Shown in pieces: positions 46,763 through 56,185 of a DNA stretch of 64,000 nucleotides; the stretch's first letter is position 1; every line of letters begins with the position of its first letter. The notes under the pieces are model-generated. The model saw nothing but the letters and a program-made list of their open reading frames with translations. It made no database searches and was not told the origin of the DNA. The stretch covers positions 1,184,001 through 1,248,000 of the forward strand of contig CAVVCZ010000004.1 in assembly GCA_963746845.1 (NCBI GenBank), read 5' to 3'. The position numbers and the translations under genes are program-made. The stretch comes from an uncultured Chloroflexia bacterium. GTDB lineage: Bacteria; Chloroflexota; Limnocylindria; Limnocylindrales; CSP1-4.

Positions 46763-46790
46763 AGGATACCGCGCTCCCGCCCAATGTCAA
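46763..46790 (-). promoter_or_regulatory. Sigma70-type promoter of rpoBC
   Basis: TTGACA-N16-TATCCT about 60 nt upstream of the rpoB ATG. Confidence 0.75.
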
Positions 46791-46844
46791 ACGGGCGCCG
46801 GCCTCCCGGCCAGCGCCCATTCGATGGCAGACGCCCCGTCGGGG

Positions 46845-46937
46845 CTAGCGGATCTCGACCTTTGCATCCTCCGGCCGAGGGCTGGCGGGAGCCTGACCTC
46901 GGCCGTCGGAGAATGCCTACCGGATCTCGACCTTTGC
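46845..46937. repeat. Direct repeat of the rplL 3' end (17 bp exact, 20 of 21 including the stop) flanking a GC hairpin
   Basis: CTAgCGGATCTCGACCTTTGC at 46845-46865 versus CTAcCGGATCTCGACCTTTGC at 46917-46937. Confidence 0.85.
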
Positions 46938-47318
46938 TCCTTGCTCTTCAAGGGCAGTCTTGATCTTCTCCGCCTCGTCGCGGGCGACGCCTTCCTTGAC
47001 GGGCTTCGGCGCGGCGTCGACGAGGTCCTTGGCCTCCTTGAGGCCGAGCTGCGTCAGCTCGCGGACGACCTTGATCACGGGGATCTTGTTCGGGCCGACC
47101 TCGGTGAGGACCGCGGAGAACTCGGTCTGCTCCTCGGGCGCCGCGGCAGCGGCGCCGTCACCGGCGGCGGCACCGGCGGCCGGGGCCGCGGCAACCGCGA
47201 CCGGGGCCGCGGCGGTGACGCCGTAGCGCTCCTCGAAGCGCTTGATGAACTCGGACAGCTCGAGGACGGTCATCTTGTCGATCGCCTCGAGCAGGTCGTC
47301 CTGGGTCAGGACTGCCAT
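46917..47318 (-). CDS. rplL: 50S ribosomal protein L7/L12
   Basis: MTVLELSEF, Ala-rich hinge and [19 protein letters not shown]. Confidence 0.98.
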   Translation of the reverse strand: MAVLTQDDLLEAIDKMTVLELSEFIKRFEERYGVTAAAPVAVAAAPAAGAAAGDGAAAAAPEEQTEFSAVLTEVGPNKIPVIKVVRELTQLGLKEAKDLVDAAPKPVKEGVARDEAEKIKTALEEQGAKVEIR

Positions 47319-47391
47319 GGCATGTCTCCTTGTCGGTGGGCCGGCGGACCGGCCTGGATGGTCTGGCTCATGCGTCGTGGATGGACGCGGG

Positions 47392-47919
47392 TCAGGCGCC
47401 CTCGGCCGCGGCCTTCTGGTCGCGGAGCTGGGCCAGCCCGGAGCCGAGGTTCCGGATGTTGGCGCCGAGCAGGCCGGCCAGGGTCGCGACCGGTGCCTGC
47501 ATCCCGCCCGCCAGCTTGGCGAGGAGGACGTCGCGCGACGGCAGGGTGGCCAGGCTGCGGACGCCGTCGGCGTCGATCGCCCGGTCCCCGAGCACACCGC
47601 CGGTGATCGTCACCAGCTTGAACGGCCGGGTCGCGTCGATGACCGCCTTCGCGGTCGACGACTCGTCGTTGCCGAACGCGATCGCCGTGGGACCGGTCAG
47701 GAGCGGCCCGAGGGCCTCACCGATCGTGTCCCGGGCGGCGATCCGCATGAGGCGGTTCTTCACGACGCGGTAGCTCACGTCCTGCTTGCGCAGGGCGCGA
47801 CGGATCTCCGCGATCTCCTTGACGGTGAGGCCGCGGTACTCGGAGACGATCAGGGTCCGGCTGCCGGCAAGTGCTGCCTGGAGCTCGGCGACGGTCTCCT
47901 TCTTGGCCTCGGTGGGCAT
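47392..47919 (-). CDS. rplJ: 50S ribosomal protein L10
   Basis: [22 protein letters not shown] and LATLPSR. Confidence 0.97.
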   Translation of the reverse strand: MPTEAKKETVAELQAALAGSRTLIVSEYRGLTVKEIAEIRRALRKQDVSYRVVKNRLMRIAARDTIGEALGPLLTGPTAIAFGNDESSTAKAVIDATRPFKLVTITGGVLGDRAIDADGVRSLATLPSRDVLLAKLAGGMQAPVATLAGLLGANIRNLGSGLAQLRDQKAAAEGA

Positions 47920-48059
47920 GCTGCCCTCCTCGTTCGTGCGCACGGCCGGTGCGCGGCGGTGGCGCGGCGCGGTCCGGAGACCACGACGCCCCTGCGACGG
48001 CGCCTGTTCGGCTGGCCTGACACGCAGGGGCGCTGCCACCGCGAACGGTGGTTGCACTG

Positions 48060-48190
48060 GTCCTGCCTCGGCGTGCTCGCCGTCGTCCCCGGCGCGGTTG
48101 CCACCGCGCCGATCCGATCCGGCGGATCAAGCCCCGACCGTCACCCCGTGATCGGGGTCGCGGTCTGCGGGCGCAGGCTGTCTCTGGCTG
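48060..48190 (-). ncRNA. Probable L10 leader (L10-L12 autoregulatory element)
   Basis: In the 378-nt rplA-rplJ gap the minus strand shows GCCAGAGACAGC and GCCGAGGC arms resembling the L10-leader core, with internal hairpins. Confidence 0.5.
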
Positions 48191-48297
48191 TCCCGTCGAT
48201 GTTCCTCGGACCGAGCGCTGGCGGAGCCTGAGCTCGGTCCTCGGAGGGTTGCGAAGTATGCCACAGGCCGCTGGAGCGGCCGGAGCTCCTACGCGGT

Positions 48298-49005
48298 CTA
48301 GCCGCCGGCGGCGGCGAGGACCGCCGGGACGTCGACCCGGATGCCCGGGCCCATCGTCGTGGCGATCGTGAGGGTCTTGAGGTACTGGCCCTTCGCCCCT
48401 GCCGGTCGGGCGCGGTTGATCGCGTCGACGAGGGCGGCAAGGTTCGCGACGAGCGCCTCCGCCTCGAAGCTCGACCGGCCGAAGGCGGTGTGGACGATCC
48501 CGGCCTTGTCGACCTTGAACTCGACCCGGCCACCCTTGACCTCCTTGATCGCGCGCTCGAGGTCGAAGGTGATCGTCCCGGCCTTCGGGTTCGGCATCAG
48601 GCCACGCCGGCCGAGGATCTTGCCGAGCTTGCCGACCATGCCCATCGAGTCGGGGGTCGCGAGCGCGACGTCGAACTCGAGCCAGCCGGCCTCGATCTTC
48701 TTGACCAGGTCCTCGCCGCCGACCTCGTCGGCACCGGCGCGGAGCGCCTCCTGGGCCTTGTCGCCCTGGGCGAAGACCGCGACCCGGACGACCTTGCCGG
48801 TCCCGTGCGGGAGGACGACCGTGCCGCGGACCATCTGGTCGGCGTGGCGGGGGTCGACCCCGAGTCGGAGGTGGGCCTCGACGGTCGAGTCGAAGTTGAC
48901 GACCGCCGTGTCCCGGGCGAGCGCCGCCGCCTCATCCGGGCTGTAGACCTTCTCGCGGTCGACGAGCTTCGCCGCCTCGAGGTACTTCTTGCCATGCTGT
49001 GCCAT
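48298..49005 (-). CDS. rplA: 50S ribosomal protein L1
   Basis: [23 protein letters not shown] and TTMGPG. Confidence 0.98.
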   Translation of the reverse strand: MAQHGKKYLEAAKLVDREKVYSPDEAAALARDTAVVNFDSTVEAHLRLGVDPRHADQMVRGTVVLPHGTGKVVRVAVFAQGDKAQEALRAGADEVGGEDLVKKIEAGWLEFDVALATPDSMGMVGKLGKILGRRGLMPNPKAGTITFDLERAIKEVKGGRVEFKVDKAGIVHTAFGRSSFEAEALVANLAALVDAINRARPAGAKGQYLKTLTIATTMGPGIRVDVPAVLAAAGG

Positions 49006-49026
49006 GTCGGTTCGGTCCCTTTCGTC

Positions 49027-49050
49027 GACTGGCGGTCCAGTCTCCCCCTG
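49027..49050 (-). promoter_or_regulatory. Possible L1-binding leader hairpin upstream of rplA
   Basis: GGGA followed by a GACTGG/CCAGTC stem next to the rplA RBS; resemblance to known L1 sites is partial. Confidence 0.3.
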
Positions 49051-49105
49051 CATGTCCGTTGGTCCCGCGGCCGGGGTGCTGCCGCGAGCGGATCCCCTAG
49101 AGGCG

Positions 49106-49528
49106 CTAGACGACCTCGATGCCCATCGACCGGGCGGTGCCCTCGACCTGCTTCATCGCGGCCTCGATGTCGTTCGCGTTCAGGTCGGTCATCTTCGTCT
49201 CGGCGATCTGGCGGACCTGGTCGCGCGACACGCGGCCGACGGTCTCGCGGCGCGCCATCCCCGACCCCTTCTCGAGCCCGGCGGCCTTGCGCAGGAGGTC
49301 CGCGGCCGGCGGGGTCTTCAGGATGAACGAGAACGACCGATCCTCGAAGATCGTGATCTGGGCCGGGATGATCTGGCCCGACTTGTCGGCGGTCTTCTCG
49401 TTGTAGGCCTTGGTGAACTCGACGATGTTGATGCCGTGCGGGCCCAGCGCCGTGCCGACCGGCGGGGCGGGCGTCGCCTTGCCGGCTGGCAGCTGGAGGG
49501 TCAGGACGATTCGGATCTTCTTGGCCAC
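49106..49528 (-). CDS. rplK: 50S ribosomal protein L11
   Basis: [18 protein letters not shown] and GTARSMGI. Confidence 0.98.
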   Translation of the reverse strand: MAKKIRIVLTLQLPAGKATPAPPVGTALGPHGINIVEFTKAYNEKTADKSGQIIPAQITIFEDRSFSFILKTPPAADLLRKAAGLEKGSGMARRETVGRVSRDQVRQIAETKMTDLNANDIEAAMKQVEGTARSMGIEVV

Positions 49529-49546
49529 GGGACGGGGAATTCCTTT

Positions 49547-50140
49547 CTAGAGCTTCTCGACTTGCAGGAAGTCGAGCTCGACCGGTGTCTCGCGGCCGAA
49601 GATGCTCACGAGGACCTTGACCTTGTTCCGCTCGGGGTTGACCTCGTCGACCGTGCCGATGAACTCGGCGAACGGCCCGTCGGTCACGCGGACGCTCTGG
49701 CCCTTCGTGAAGGCGACCCGGAACTTGGGCGTCTCGACACCCATGTGCCGGAGGATCTGCTTGACCTCGTTCTCGTCGAGCGGGATCGGCTCGCTGCGGA
49801 CGCCCGGGATGTTGGCGCCGCCCACGAAGCTCGTCACCCCCGGGGTGTTGCGGACGACGAACCAGCTGTCCGGGTCGAGGATCATCTCCACGAGGACGTA
49901 GCCGGGGTAGACCTTCTTCTGGACCGTGTGCCGCTGGCCCTGGCGGATCTCGATCTCGTCCTCCATCGGGACGAGGACCTGGAAGATCCGATCCTCCATG
50001 CCCATCGACTCGATCCGGTGCTCGAGGTTCGCCTTGACCTTGTTCTCGTAGCCCGAGTAGGTGTGGATGACGTACCAGCGCTTCTCGGGCGCCTTGCTGG
50101 TCTCGGTCGTGGTCGTCTCGGTCATCGTCGTGTCCGTCAC
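49547..50140 (-). CDS. nusG: Transcription termination/antitermination factor NusG
   Basis: [22 protein letters not shown] and C-terminal KOW with [13 protein letters not shown] start overlapping the secE stop. Confidence 0.97.
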   Translation of the reverse strand: MTDTTMTETTTTETSKAPEKRWYVIHTYSGYENKVKANLEHRIESMGMEDRIFQVLVPMEDEIEIRQGQRHTVQKKVYPGYVLVEMILDPDSWFVVRNTPGVTSFVGGANIPGVRSEPIPLDENEVKQILRHMGVETPKFRVAFTKGQSVRVTDGPFAEFIGTVDEVNPERNKVKVLVSIFGRETPVELDFLQVEKL

Positions 50141-50319
50141 CCGACCAGCCGTCCGACGAGCTGCGCGAACACGAAGTCGAGCAGCGTGATGTACACGCCG
50201 ACGGCGAAGCTGACCACGAAGACGAGCACCGTCAGGTTGCGCACCTGCTGGCGTGTCGGCCAGGAGACCTTCTTCAGCTCGGACCACGCTTCGTTGGCGA
50301 AGCGGCGGATGCGTTTCAC
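50137..50319 (-). CDS. secE: Preprotein translocase subunit SecE
   Basis: [10 protein letters not shown] followed by one TM helix. Confidence 0.96.
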   Translation of the reverse strand: MKRIRRFANEAWSELKKVSWPTRQQVRNLTVLVFVVSFAVGVYITLLDFVFAQLVGRLVG

Positions 50320-50407
50320 GTCGATTTGGTTCTCAACTACGAAGCTTGACTGTGTGGGCCTCTCCGAGGACTGAGGCGACGCTCCTGCGAGCCATCAGCC
50401 CGAGGAT

Positions 50408-50483
50408 TGGCAGGGGCGATAGGACTCGAACCTACAACCGCTGGTTTTGGAGACCAGTGCTCTGCCAATTGAGCTACACCCCT
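50408..50483 (-). tRNA. tRNA-Trp(CCA)
   Basis: 76-nt cloverleaf, anticodon loop CTCCAAA, T-loop GTTCGAGT and encoded CCA end. Confidence 0.96.
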
Positions 50484-50497
50484 GCGATCGGCCGCCC

Positions 50498-50662
50498 CTA
50501 CTTCGCTTCGCGGTGAAGCGTGTGCCGGCGGTCCCGGGGACAGTACTTCATCAGCTCGATCCGGTTCGGATCGTTCTTCTTGTTCTTGCGCGTCGTGTAC
50601 GTCCGCTCCTTGCACTCGGTGCAGGCGAGCTGGATCGTCGGACGCGCTTCGACTCGAGCCAT
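50498..50662 (-). CDS. rpmG: 50S ribosomal protein L33
   Basis: [35 protein letters not shown]. Confidence 0.97.
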   Translation of the reverse strand: MARVEARPTIQLACTECKERTYTTRKNKKNDPNRIELMKYCPRDRRHTLHREAK

Positions 50663-51865
50663 GTCGTCCCTACTCGACGATCGTGACGATGGCGCCGGCG
50701 CCGACGGTCCGGCCACCCTCGCGGATGGCGAACCGCTGGCCGACCTCGAGGGCGATCGGGGTGATCAGCTCGACGCTCATCTCGACGTTGTCGCCGGGCA
50801 TGATCATCTCGGCCCCGTCGGGCAGCCCGATCGCACCGGTCACGTCGGTCGTGCGCAGGTAGAACTGCGGCCGGTAGCCGTTGTAGAAGGGGGTGTGGCG
50901 GCCGCCCTCCTCCTTGGTCAGGACGTAGACCTGCGCCGTGAACTTCGTGTGGGGCTTGACCGAGCCGGTCTTGGCCAGGACCTGGCCGCGCTCGATCTCC
51001 TCGCGCTCGATGCCCCGGATCAGGCAGCCGACGTTGTCGCCGGCGCGGCCCTCGTCGAGGAGCTTCTTGAACATCTCGACGCCGGTCACGACGATCTTGC
51101 GGGTGGCCTTCACGCCGACCAGCTCGACCTCGTCGCCGACCTTGACGATGCCGCGCTCGATCCGCCCGGTGGCGACCGTCCCCCGGCCCTTGATCCCGAA
51201 CACGTCCTCGACCGGCATGAGGAACGGCTTGTCGATCGCCCGCTCGGGGGTCGGGATGTACGCGTCGACCGCGTCCATCAGCTCCTGGATCGGGGCGTAC
51301 GCCGGGTTGGACGGATCGTCCGGTGCCTCGAGCGCCTTGAGGGCGCTGCCGCGCACGACCGGCAGGTCGTCGCCCGGGAAGTTGTACTTGCTCAGCAGCT
51401 CGCGGACCTCGAGCTCGACGAGGTCGAGCAGCTCCGGGTCGTCGACCATGTCGACCTTGTTGAGGAACACGACGATGTACGGGACCTCGACCTGGCGGGC
51501 GAGCAGGATGTGCTCGCGGGTCTGGGGCATCGGGCCGTCGGTCGCGGCGACGACGAGGATCGCGCCGTCCATCTGGGCGGCACCGGTGATCATGTTCTTG
51601 ATGTAGTCGGCGTGGCCCGGGCAGTCGACGTGGGCGTAGTGGCGCTTGTCGGTCTCGTACTCGACGTGGGCGATCGCGATCGTGATCCCGCGCTCCCGCT
51701 CCTCGGGGGCGTTGTCGATCGTGTCGAACGCGCGGTACTCCGCCTCGCCCTTCAGGGCGAGGTACTTGGTGATCGCCGCGGTCAGGCTCGTCTTGCCGTG
51801 GTCGATGTGGCCGATCGTGCCGATGTTCACGTGCGGCTTGGTGCGCTCGAACTTCTTCTTGGCCA
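50658..51865. repeat. About 1.2-kb direct repeat, copy 2
   Basis: Appears identical to 34127-35334. Confidence 0.92.
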
Positions 51866-51866
51866 C
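50670..51866 (-). CDS. tuf: Elongation factor Tu (copy after the tRNA cluster)
   Basis: Protein identical to 34139-35335; GTG start. Confidence 0.99.
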   Translation of the reverse strand: MAKKKFERTKPHVNIGTIGHIDHGKTSLTAAITKYLALKGEAEYRAFDTIDNAPEERERGITIAIAHVEYETDKRHYAHVDCPGHADYIKNMITGAAQMDGAILVVAATDGPMPQTREHILLARQVEVPYIVVFLNKVDMVDDPELLDLVELEVRELLSKYNFPGDDLPVVRGSALKALEAPDDPSNPAYAPIQELMDAVDAYIPTPERAIDKPFLMPVEDVFGIKGRGTVATGRIERGIVKVGDEVELVGVKATRKIVVTGVEMFKKLLDEGRAGDNVGCLIRGIEREEIERGQVLAKTGSVKPHTKFTAQVYVLTKEEGGRHTPFYNGYRPQFYLRTTDVTGAIGLPDGAEMIMPGDNVEMSVELITPIALEVGQRFAIREGGRTVGAGAIVTIVE

Positions 51867-51926
51867 GAGACCGTTTCACTCCATTTCAGGCGCGGCTTCG
51901 CCGCAAGGGTGCCCCTGGGGCTTGGG

Positions 51927-52002
51927 TGGAGCCCACAATCGGACTTGAACCGATGACCTCTTCCTTACCAAGGAAGTGCTCTGCCAGCTGAGCTATGTGG
52001 GC
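51927..52002 (-). tRNA. tRNA-Thr(GGT)
   Basis: 76-nt cloverleaf, anticodon loop TTGGTAA and CCA end. Confidence 0.96.
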
Positions 52003-52024
52003 CCGAGTCCAGTCGCGGGATCAG

Positions 52025-52109
52025 TGGTGGGCAGGGAGGGAATCGAACCCCCACAGTCAGAGACGGCTGATCTACAGTCAGCGGAGCTCACCACCTGCTC
52101 AACCTACCC
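52025..52109 (-). tRNA. tRNA-Tyr(GTA)
   Basis: 85 nt with a long variable arm, anticodon stem GCTGA/TCAGC, loop CTGTAGA and CCA end. Confidence 0.92.
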
Positions 52110-52173
52110 ACTGGATGAGCGACGAGTCGAGACTGCGGCCCCGTGGTGAACCCATCGCCCGGACATCTGCACT

Positions 52174-52249
52174 TGGAGCCGACGACGGGACTCGAACCCG
52201 GAACCGGCGGTTTACAAAACCGCTGCTCTACCAATTGAGCTACGTCGGC
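52174..52249 (-). tRNA. tRNA-Thr(TGT)
   Basis: 76-nt cloverleaf, anticodon loop TTTGTAA and CCA end. Confidence 0.96.
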
Positions 52250-52293
52250 GCGGCGCAGGGCCATACCGCAGAAGGACCCTTCGGCGCCGGGGA

Positions 52294-52323
52294 ATGATAC
52301 GGTCCGGCCAACGGGCCGGTCAA
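52294..52323 (-). promoter_or_regulatory. Sigma70-type promoter of the tRNA-tuf operon
   Basis: TTGACC-N18-TATCAT about 45 nt upstream of tRNA-Thr. Confidence 0.7.
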
Positions 52324-52339
52324 GCGCGCCGGAGCGAGG

Positions 52340-54283
52340 TCAGCCGCCCCCGGGACCGCCCGGCAGCAGGTCGTCCGATCCGCCGCCGGCCGCCGCCTCC
52401 GGCTTCCGCCTTGTCCCCGTCGCCGGCTTCGCCTTGGTCGCCGGCCTCGGCGTTGTCGCGGCCTTCGCCTTGGTCGCGGCCTTGGCCTTGGTCGCCGGCT
52501 TCGGCTTGGTCGCGGCCTTCGCCCTGGTCGCGGTCTTCGTGGTCGACTTCGACGTTGTCGCGGCCGTCTTCGCCGGCTTCGACTTCGCCGTTGCGCCCGC
52601 CCGCGGCGACGCGGGTGCTGCGACCGTGGCGGACGCCTTCGTCGATGTCGCCTTCGCTCGCGGCTTCCGGGCGGGCTGTGCAGGCTCGGCCGCGGCCACC
52701 GGCTCGGGTTCGGCCGCCCGCGGCGTCCCGGCGTCGTCCCCGACTGCCTCGATCGCCGACACGACCGGAGCCGCCGCGCCGGCCGGACGCTGGGCGACCG
52801 CGGCGAAGAGGAGGATCGAGCCGGCCACGGCCGCGTTCAGGGACTGCACCGCCCCACGCATCGGGATCCGGACCGCGAGATCGGCGCGCCGTCGGATCGC
52901 CGGCGACAGGCCCTGGCCCTCGCTGCCGACGACGATCGCCAACGGGCCCCGGAGGTCCGCCTCGGCGGCCGTCAGGGGTGCGTCCGCCTCGGCCGCAGCG
53001 ATCCGGAGTCCGCGGATCCGCAGGTCCGACATCGTCCCCGGCAGATCGTCGACCGGGCAGAGCAGGAGGTGCTCGACGGCGCCCGCCGAGGCCTTGACGG
53101 CGGCCGGACTGAGCGGCGCCTGATGATGAGTGGGAAAGACGACGCCGTGGACGCCGGCCGCCTCGGCGCTCCGGAGGAGCGTGCCGACGTTCTGGGGGTC
53201 CTCCAGCGAATCCATGACGAGGACGAACGGCGGCTCGCCCCGCTCGACGGCCCGGGCGAGGATGTCGTCCAGGCCGGCCCACGTCCGGGGCTCGACGACG
53301 AGGGCGATGCCCTGGTGGCCGTCGAAGCCGGCAATCGAGGTGAGCGTGCCGCCCTCCACCTCGACGACGGGGATCCGCAGGCTCGTCGCGTGGAGGACGA
53401 GCCGTTCGAGCGCCTGCCGGCGCTGCGGCACGACGAGCAGACGACGGGCGGGCCGCTTCGCGACGAACGCCTCCTCGACGGGCCGTCGACCGGCAATCAG
53501 CTCCTCGTCGGCACCGAGGAGACCGGCTTCGGCGAGCGGAGGCCGGACGGGCGCGCCGTACGGTGGCCGCGGCGGCCGATCGGGACTGCCATGGGCCGGT
53601 CGAGGAGGTCGAGGCGGGCCGCCATCCGGCGGTCGCGGCGGTCGATCCTGCCACGGACGCGACGGGCGGCCGCCGGCGAACGGCGGGGGCCCACCGGGTC
53701 GCGGCCGACCCGGCGCGGGTCGCGCGGTTCGTGGCCACGACCGGTCCCCGGCGTCGGGGTTCGGACGCGGCGGCCCATCGGCGCGCGGACCGGATCGGTG
53801 GTCCGGGCGGACTCCGGGCGGTCGATCCTGACGGGGTGCCTGGTCGAAGTCCCGACGGGGACCATGTGGCGGCGGGCCGTGGCGGCCGCGGTCGGGGCGG
53901 AACCCGCGATCGGGCCCGGCATGGCCACGATGGTCGCGGGCCGGCGGGCCGCTTCTCGGCGGGCCGCCGCCGGGCCGGTGGTCCGGTCGGGCATCATCGG
54001 CGGACGATCGCGGACGCGGATCACCGTCGGCGCTGAAACCGAACCCGCGCCGGCCTCGGTCGTCGAACCCCGACGAGGGATGCGGTCGCGGACCGCCGGA
54101 CGATCGCGGCGGCCCGGCATGGGACGCGCCGCCCGACCGAGGAGCTGCGTCGCGGTGGCCGTGCTGGCCGCCAGGCCGTCCGGATCCGACTGGCTTGCGC
54201 GATCCGCCGGGCTTGCCGGACTTGCCGGGCTTGCCGGACTTGCCGGGCTTGCGGCCGCTGTCTCCCTCCGGCCGGTCAGCCAC
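52340..54283 (-). CDS. rlmB: 23S rRNA Gm2251 methyltransferase RlmB (SPOUT) with long N- and C-terminal low-complexity extensions
   Basis: HQGIAL, DPQNVGTLLRSA, VGSEGQG and IPMRGAVQSLNAAVAG motifs. GTG 54283 overlaps the end of cysS; start uncertain. Confidence 0.88.
   Translation of the reverse strand: MADRPEGDSGRKPGKSGKPGKSGKPGGSRKPVGSGRPGGQHGHRDAAPRSGGASHAGPPRSSGGPRPHPSSGFDDRGRRGFGFSADGDPRPRSSADDARPDHRPGGGPPRSGPPARDHRGHAGPDRGFRPDRGRHGPPPHGPRRDFDQAPRQDRPPGVRPDHRSGPRADGPPRPNPDAGDRSWPRTARPAPGRPRPGGPPPFAGGRPSRPWQDRPPRPPDGGPPRPPRPAHGSPDRPPRPPYGAPVRPPLAEAGLLGADEELIAGRRPVEEAFVAKRPARRLLVVPQRRQALERLVLHATSLRIPVVEVEGGTLTSIAGFDGHQGIALVVEPRTWAGLDDILARAVERGEPPFVLVMDSLEDPQNVGTLLRSAEAAGVHGVVFPTHHQAPLSPAAVKASAGAVEHLLLCPVDDLPGTMSDLRIRGLRIAAAEADAPLTAAEADLRGPLAIVVGSEGQGLSPAIRRRADLAVRIPMRGAVQSLNAAVAGSILLFAAVAQRPAGAAAPVVSAIEAVGDDAGTPRAAEPEPVAAAEPAQPARKPRAKATSTKASATVAAPASPRAGATAKSKPAKTAATTSKSTTKTATRAKAATKPKPATKAKAATKAKAATTPRPATKAKPATGTRRKPEAAAGGGSDDLLPGGPGGG
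54206..54252. repeat. 18-bp tandem repeat encoding KPGKSG
   Basis: GCCGGGCTTGCCGGACTT repeated about 2.6 times. Confidence 0.8.
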
Positions 54284-55688
54284 GGCTCGGCTCCAGGAGC
54301 CGCCGCCAGCGCTGGCCGTCGCGGGTGTCCTCCACGGAGATCCCGATCGCCGCCAGCTCGTCGCGCAGCCGGTCGGACGCCGCCCAGTCACGGTTCGCCC
54401 GCGCGGCGGCGCGCTCGTCGAGGAGCCGTCGGACGTCGTCGCCCAGCTCGTCGGCCGGGTCGGGCAGCACGCCGAGCACCTCGTCGAACGAGCGCAACGC
54501 CTCGAGCGCCCGCTCGGCGTCCGCCGTCGAGAGCGCCCGGCCGTCGATCCGGCGGTTCAGCTCGCGGACCAGGTCGAACACGACGGCGAGTGCAACGGAC
54601 ACGTTGAGATCGTCGTCCAGTGCCGCGCCGAAGCCGGCGTCCGCGTCGTCGAGCAGACCGGCCAGGCTCGCGTCGTCCGGCCCGTCGTTCCGATATGCCC
54701 CGAGGGCAGAGACGGCGGCGTCCAGTCGGTCGAGCGCCGCGCCGGCAGCGGCCAGCGCCTCGTCGCTGTACTGGTTGGCAGCGCGGTAGTGGACCGAGAT
54801 CAGCGCGTAGCGGAGCGCCCGTGGTGCCACGCCGGCGTCCAGCAGGTCGCCGACGCGGGCGATGTTTCCGGTCGACTTCGCCATCTTCGCCCCGCTCGAC
54901 TGGAGGTGGGCGCAATGGAGCCACGTCCGGACGAACGGCTGGCCCGTCGCGGCCTCGCTCTGGGCGATCTCGTCCTCGTGATGCGGAAAGATCAGGTCGA
55001 CCCCGCCCGTGTGGATGTCGAACGACGGCCCGAGATGCTTCATCGACATCGCGGAGCACTCGATGTGCCAACCGGGCCGGCCAGGACCGATCGCGGTGTC
55101 GAAGGTGGGCTCGCCGGGCTTCGGGCCCTTCCACAGGGCGAAGTCGCGGACATCGTCCTTCGCATAGTCGTCGCTCTCGACCCGCTCGCCGACCCGGAGC
55201 TGGTCGGGATCGAGCCTCGCGAGCCGCCCGTACGCCGGCCACGACGCGATCCGGAAGAAGATCGATCCGTCGTCCGTCCGGTAGGCATGCCCGCGATCGA
55301 GCAGCGTCCGGATCAGGGCCACCATCACGTCGATGTGGGCGGTCGCCCTCGGCAGGACGTCGGGATGCGTCATCCGCAGCCGCTCGGCGTCGTCGAGGAA
55401 GACGGCCAGCCAGCGATCGGCCAGCTCGCCGATCGTCGTCCCGGCTTCGGCCGCGCCGCGGATGATCTTGTCGTCGATGTCGGTGATGTTCATCACCCAG
55501 GTCACGCGCAGGCCGCGGCGCCGGAGGTGCCGGACCAGCAGGTCGGCGAACAGGAAGCTCCGGAAGTTGCCGATGTGGGCCGGCCCATAGACCGTGGGAC
55601 CGCAGCTGTAGATCCGGACGTGACCGGGCTCGAGCGGATCGAGCGGCCGGGTCTCGCCCGACAGCGTGTCCTGGAGGCGGATCGTCAT
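54276..55688 (-). CDS. cysS: Cysteine--tRNA ligase
   Basis: CGPTVY..HIGN, PGWHIECSAM, FPHHE and KMAKS. ATG 55688 overlaps the ispF stop. Confidence 0.96.
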   Translation of the reverse strand: MTIRLQDTLSGETRPLDPLEPGHVRIYSCGPTVYGPAHIGNFRSFLFADLLVRHLRRRGLRVTWVMNITDIDDKIIRGAAEAGTTIGELADRWLAVFLDDAERLRMTHPDVLPRATAHIDVMVALIRTLLDRGHAYRTDDGSIFFRIASWPAYGRLARLDPDQLRVGERVESDDYAKDDVRDFALWKGPKPGEPTFDTAIGPGRPGWHIECSAMSMKHLGPSFDIHTGGVDLIFPHHEDEIAQSEAATGQPFVRTWLHCAHLQSSGAKMAKSTGNIARVGDLLDAGVAPRALRYALISVHYRAANQYSDEALAAAGAALDRLDAAVSALGAYRNDGPDDASLAGLLDDADAGFGAALDDDLNVSVALAVVFDLVRELNRRIDGRALSTADAERALEALRSFDEVLGVLPDPADELGDDVRRLLDERAAARANRDWAASDRLRDELAAIGISVEDTRDGQRWRRLLEPSRG

Positions 55689-56185
55689 CGCGGGTCGGAC
55701 GCGCGCGGGCCGCCTGCCAGCGTCACGATCGCCAGCGCCGAGCAGCCGCGACCGGCCCCTTCGAACCCGGCCAGGTTGCCCGTGGACGCTTTCACGTTGA
55801 CCGCGCCGGCGCCGGCCCCAACGAGCTCGGCGATCCGGGCCGCCATCGCCGGCAGCGCGTCGCCGAGTCGCGGCCGCGCGGCCACGACCGTCACGTCGAC
55901 GCCGGACACGTGCAGGCCCGCCGCGTCGACCCGGCGGACGATCTCCTCCAGGAGGTCGCTGCTCGCGACCCCCCGCGGCGTCTCCGGTCCGGCCGGGAAG
56001 AGCCGGCCGAGGTCGCCGAGACCTGCGGCGCCCAGGATCGCGTCGGCGACCGCGTGGAGCACGACGTCGCCGTCCGAGTGGCCGGACAACCGGGGAGCGC
56101 CCGGGATCGTGACCCCGCCGAGCACGAGCGGAGCGTCGGGCCCGAACGGGTGGAGGTCCTGGCCGATCCCGACGCGGACGATGGA
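55685..56185 (-). CDS. ispF: 2-C-methyl-D-erythritol 2,4-cyclodiphosphate synthase domain (out of frame with IspD, no canonical start for its N-terminus)
   Basis: The frame reads IVRVGIGQDLHPF..LGGV..GHSDGDV..HA..DA.LGA..GDLG.LFP..VNVKAST. The first GTG (56125) lies downstream of the D-x-H metal ligands. Confidence 0.85.
   Translation of the reverse strand, partial: SIVRVGIGQDLHPFGPDAPLVLGGVTIPGAPRLSGHSDGDVVLHAVADAILGAAGLGDLGRLFPAGPETPRGVASSDLLEEIVRRVDAAGLHVSGVDVTVVAARPRLGDALPAMAARIAELVGAGAGAVNVKASTGNLAGFEGAGRGCSALAIVTLAGGPRASDPR

Noticed and set aside
50498-50662. L33 with the fourth Zn ligand Cys replaced by Asp (CPRD)
   Set aside because: This is a minor, commonly seen variation in L33 zinc ribbons.
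50551-51879. Arg/Pro/Gly-rich same-strand alternate-frame ORFs (also 8588-9637, 18654-20267, 57978-59459 and others)
   Set aside because: Their composition is typical of off-frame GC-rich translation, and they fully overlap real genes.
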